A DNA stretch of 55,989 nt, the filler included, from Platydemus manokwari (Eukaryota): NCBI GenBank assembly GCA_037951405.1. It is 6 parts of 6 records of this genome, joined end to end, with 100 filler letters (N's around TTAATTAATTAA, not from the genome) between each part and the next. Parts side by side here need not be neighbours in the genome. Positions count along the whole stretch, not along the records: positions 46,885 to 55,989 come from JBBMOY011299206.1; 5 more parts are not named here. One strand, given 5' to 3'. Positions 51,176 through 55,989 of this stretch are shown here, piece after piece. How positions within the stretch are numbered: position 1 is the stretch's first letter; each line of letters starts with the position of its first letter. Below the pieces are notes generated by a model that made no database searches, had not been told where the DNA came from, and saw only the letters and a program-made list of their open reading frames with translations. Position numbers and translations under genes: made by a program.

Positions 51176-52599
51176 TTGTATTATTTTACATGTTCTTTAA
51201 TGTTGTGGGAGGTGCACCCAACAAAAGTTATCAAATATCACGTACCTCGCCTGAGCGATTAACAGGTAAATCCGCGTAACGGACGAAGCTAATTAGTTTT
51301 GCACAAAAAGGGATATGTTAGTTATCGATAAATAAAATAAAATATTATCATAAAATTAATTAATTTTTAACTTCCAAAGAGTAAGCGTGTACAAGAAAGG
51401 TGATTACTGGGAATGACAACTATAAAACTCTTACTGTTGTTTAAATCCACGGAGTAAATAACTAAGTCCTACTAGAACCATGATTTGCAAATTCTTCTCA
51501 ATTTCAATTATCAAAAACGAATAATTATAATTCTCAATGAATCGTTCTGAACGGCGATTGTGACAAAATATTAACTTCGCCCGTCTGATATTCCGAATGA
51601 TAGTTGCGGGTATAAATTGTGTATAATGATTGTGAATAGTAGTTGTGATTAGTAATTGTGTTGTGATCAAATCTAACGACCGTATTTATAGGTACTGTTC
51701 TGCTGCCGGCATATGTTCATGTCTCAATTAATGGTTTTCCATTTGTTATATTTCCACACTTATAACTTAATTAATTATTTTTTATCTGACCTAACTGATT
51801 TATATTTTTCTTATTTTTGTACTTTCCTTAGGCTTTATATTTTTCTTATTTATTTTAGTTTATTTATTTATTCCATTTAATTTAGTTGTTTTGTTATTTA
51901 TTTATTTATTTATTCTAATTGGTTAATTTTAATCTATTGCCTATTCCGTTTGATTTAATGGCCCTATTTATTTATATGTTTAACTTTTCATGATTATTAA
52001 TATATTTTATTTCATTATTTTGTCGGAACACATCTCCCATTCTGCTCTCCTCTCCATCCTGATACACAAATCACACACACATGTTAAATGTTTTTTTTCT
52101 GACACTTATATCAGACAATTGTGTTAAAGGATCTCATAAAATATAAAATAAATGGATAATTGTTTTTTCAATTCGAAACACGACCAATCAAAGATTATTA
52201 TTTACACTCAATGCAAATACACAGATGACAGATAATTGTCTATATTGTTTGTGCCATCACTAGGAGGCTGATTGTTAAACTGATAGGTATCCATTCACCG
52301 CATCGGCCTCTTTAGTGGGTATCCGACGTCCTCAGGCACGGCTCCTTTGACCAGTAATCCACAATCAAGGTGTACTTAATGCTTTAAAGTTGTTTGATAG
52401 AGTTATATACAGCTTAGTGTAAATGTATATCAATATTTTTCTTCGGGACAGGTATATGTACAAAAATGTTGTTGGGCTACATGTCAAAATATTTTTTGAT
52501 GTATATAAAATGCTGTGTAAAAATGTTTTTCAGGGTGGGGGGTACTCAACAAATTGAATTTAATTTTTAATTTAATTAATTTATCAATTTTAGAATGAT

Positions 52600-53100
52600 C
52601 ACAATAGCTTATATATTGGGTTGTTATTTTCCTGTAATTGTCAACGAAATTTAAGATGATGATATCAAGGATTTTAGTAATTTCGAGATTTCCTTATCAT
52701 TGGATTAAATTAATTGAGAAAATCAGAAGGCAAATATTAACAATTATAACAATAAATTCATTATTTGAGATTATTGATTGCATTACAGGGATATTTGCAC
52801 TTAATGAAATCATTCTAATGATATGGAGAGTGATGATTTCATTATAATAATGCGATTAGCTTACGAAAATAATTCTGCAAATTTAACGAGTTCAGTAGCG
52901 ATAGATCCCCAATGAGAACTGCTGCAAATCCGAAGATCGTTTACTTAATTTTCACAAAATGGTATTTGTTAACAATAAGGTACCGTTTATGGTCTGTTAA
53001 TATCGGAAATAGATGAATGGGTTTTTAAAAATATTTTTATTAACTCCTTTTTGGCCATAATCCATGAGAACATTATTGGAGAATGATTTACATGAATACA
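52600..53100 (-). mobile_element. Possible gypsy RNase H relic
   Basis: FPILTDHKR at ~52983-53010 matches F.I.TDHK.L. Confidence 0.35.
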
Positions 53101-53499
53101 GACCCCCTGCTTTATTATCACTACATTGACATGAATATTATCGAATAATAAAGGTCATAATGATAATTATTATTCACTTGTTGCCTCGGTTGAAACTGGA
53201 ACATTTTCATGATTTGATTTTCTTATGTATTGACGTGTCATTGTTACACACTGGAATCAATTATTTATGAGCTCATTATATTGAGTTCGAGGTCCAATCA
53301 ATTTTATTATTATGATAATTATTACTATTTTCACTATTTTTGAACAAAGACTGAGACTTATAAGTACTCCGAATTTCTGAAGACCCTCAGGTTGCAAATT
53401 AGCTTAACTTTTGTTGCTTATTCGTCTCGATGACTACTAATCCTCTTATGGAGACGGGATGAGCGGCACTGTTTAATTTACACTTGCTTATAAAATATT

Positions 53500-55900
53500 G
53501 ATTATTTAATCTTATGTCATGCAGTTGACGAAATTACGCCTTTCATTAAAAGTAATATCAAAGAAACCTCAATAAAATTAGCTAAAGGAATCACATCTCA
53601 GAATCATAAACTGTCTAAAGTATCCGTTGACGGATAGCAGGAGTTAATTCTAGAAATAAACAATATCTATACTGTATTAGACAAGCTCTAGACTAAAGAA
53701 GGGATAGTGATGCGCAAATATTGATTTCGGAATTAGTGCATGATAGACTGATATAATCTTGAATATAATTATTCGAATAATTGATTCTTCAATCCTTCCT
53801 TCGGCAATTTGCAGCCAAATCAAGAATGTAGCAGTTACCATACAACAATATATAAAATAGTCATACCATAATGATCATGATACAATAAATATACAACTTA
53901 AGTAGATTAAATATCACAACTTATCAGCGACATATATATTTGAAAAGCGAAAACAATAGGTATAATCTAATAAACGTTAAAATAATTGATGAGGATAGAA
54001 AATTAACTAGTTATACACTTACAGGTGGGGATCAGCCAGAATCTAAAATTCAAAGAGATCCATGTGAAACCTCTGTAATAATAACAAGCTATGCAATGAC
54101 AGATGCATTTGGTATCATTTACAAACGAACTAGACATCAAATAAACGATACTCTAAAATGTGAAGGGCGCACTTTGAGATTTACTAGTACTATAACTCTA
54201 CCACAAAACATTCCAACAAGTATCGCAATAGAAAAGCAAATAATGGGGAAATTTCCTCTACAATTTTCGTTAAACATTAAAATTCTAATCAACCAGAAAA
54301 AAGGTAAACCCAAAATTGTATATTTGATTATTAACCGCCAACGATCAAAACACGAAGATAAAAACGAAATGTTTCCGAATACATTAAGGAAACCACTACA
54401 ATCTCAAATCTCCATTACATACCACAGTGGTTCCTTTATTTATTACATTGTCTAGCTTTGATGAAACTATCTTTCTTTCCTTGTATCATGCATTGGAGAT
54501 TACTAATGGCGATGACAGATTATTAAAAAGAAGAATTTAACTCATCACAGTACCGGTCACTTTAATTATGGGATCTGGTCTCGAAGACTCTCCAGCCGAG
54601 GAAAAATATATTAGCCTCCATCTCGATTACACTTATCTTGATATTGAAGAGGATCTCTTAAAACGTTATTCTTTCATAAGAAAAAATCAATCAAAAAATG
54701 AAATCCGAAGATCTAAACGTGTCTTTGAGACTAGAATTATCGAAACAATAAAAATTACGGGCAGCTAAGATACCAACAAAATGATATGTGCTGCTACTAT
54801 CTTGAATTATAGCGGAAACATTACAATTGCTCCAACGTACTACACTTGCCACCGGAGAAATCAGATTTGGGTCAATTTACCAAAATGTTCTCATTGATGT
54901 TTTAATAAACAAGCATTTAAGAGGTACATTATTATCTTGTTAGACTGAAAACTGATTATAGGGCTTAAGGTTGTTGAATCATTGAAAGTCCTTAACTTTC
55001 CTACTAATAGAATTCTTGGAACAGGAGATATTAGTTATACTAGCTTCGATCAAGCCATCAAGAGATTAAAAACACAAAGAGAAATTATTCCGCATCAATC
55101 TTCCAAAAAGATCAACTACTTGTCAAAAATCATATGATATCTTAAAACCATGGAATATTGATGGCTAGACCATCCAATACTTTCAAAATATCCTCAGAAG
55201 AAGAGACCAACTGTTCAATCAGGACGAAAATGATATCAAATATTTCAGAAACAAACGTGAGCTAAAATCAGAAGAAAAAGGTGAATCCGAGGATGAATGC
55301 ATGTTTATCGTGGATGATAACAAACAATAAGAAGATTCAAATTACCCAATACTGTCGACAGTAATAGCGCCCGAGGTATTATTCAATAATTAACAATGGC
55401 TATTAACAGGCAGGAGACCAATTATTGCAAGTATACGAGAACCCTTTAATAAACAATTGGACCAAGTTACCTTAACCAGTGCAACGGTAATCTAAGTCAT
55501 ACAGTGCGTGTAAAAGATATTAAGAAAAAACTAACCAAATCATTGCATGAATTTTGAGATTTATTCGAATGCATTGATATGATTAAATCAAATTTGGAAT
55601 TATCATTTGATCAAGTTGTCATCAGAATTAATGCTTGACTATTGATTGTTTCGTGTAATGACCATTAACATTATCAGACAATTTCGATATATCTGAATTA
55701 ACAAAAATAAACAAACTTGAATTCGAGATTAGATTAATCATTGGATACACGGTTTAACCGAATTTTCTCTCCTCGATTAGAGATGGTTTCATCATGGATT
55801 ATTGATAATATATTTTTGATCTTCCTCCATGCTAATTGCGTTCCCTGAAAGAGATATTATTAATCAGAAACATAATTAATCAGAAAATTAACCTTCTTGA
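53500..55900 (+). mobile_element. Possible decayed LTR-retrotransposon internal region including the 171-aa ORF 53940-54455
   Basis: A-rich + strand, broken ORFs without splice structure, and weak protease-like (RDPCETSVIIT) and RNase H-like (CNDH) fragments. Confidence 0.3.
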
Positions 55901-55989
55901 AATCGAACAATATTGATTCTAAATATGTTTCACCTTTGTTCCCTATTAGTAATTTATTTTTCATTTTTAAAACTTATTATAAAATGTTT

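Noticed and set aside
1-55989. tRNA, nuclear rRNA, snRNA or CRISPR loci; alternative nuclear genetic code
   Set aside because: None recognised by eye; both host genes translate cleanly in the standard code.

Overview
This is AT-rich animal nuclear DNA, not prokaryotic. It consists of six ~9 kb pieces joined by artificial 100-nt spacers (44N-TTAATTAATTAA-44N), so adjacency across spacers is not biological. A cox2-derived mitochondrial insert that reads best in the flatworm mitochondrial code, ~45-nt introns and the GPCR type suggest a flatworm, possibly a planarian (inference). There are two convincing host genes. One is a complete 16-exon P2C-type ATPase alpha subunit (22631-27491, 1017 aa as spliced by hand); the other is an intronless class A GPCR (30174-31298). 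A possible small two-exon membrane-protein gene lies at 44831-45263. Most of the remainder is decayed mobile DNA: Ty3/gypsy, R2/NeSL-like RT, Penelope, Maverick/Polinton PolB, Tc1/mariner, hAT and MULE relics, plus dispersed and inverted repeats. The main discovery is that the ATPase has a Na,K-ATPase scaffold with rewired ion sites. Lys replaces M5 Ser775 (as in H,K-ATPases), with N776T, T774V, D926N and loss of the C-terminal KETYY motif. This points to an independently evolved H,K-like or altered-stoichiometry pump. All family calls come from manual motif recognition; no database searches were run.
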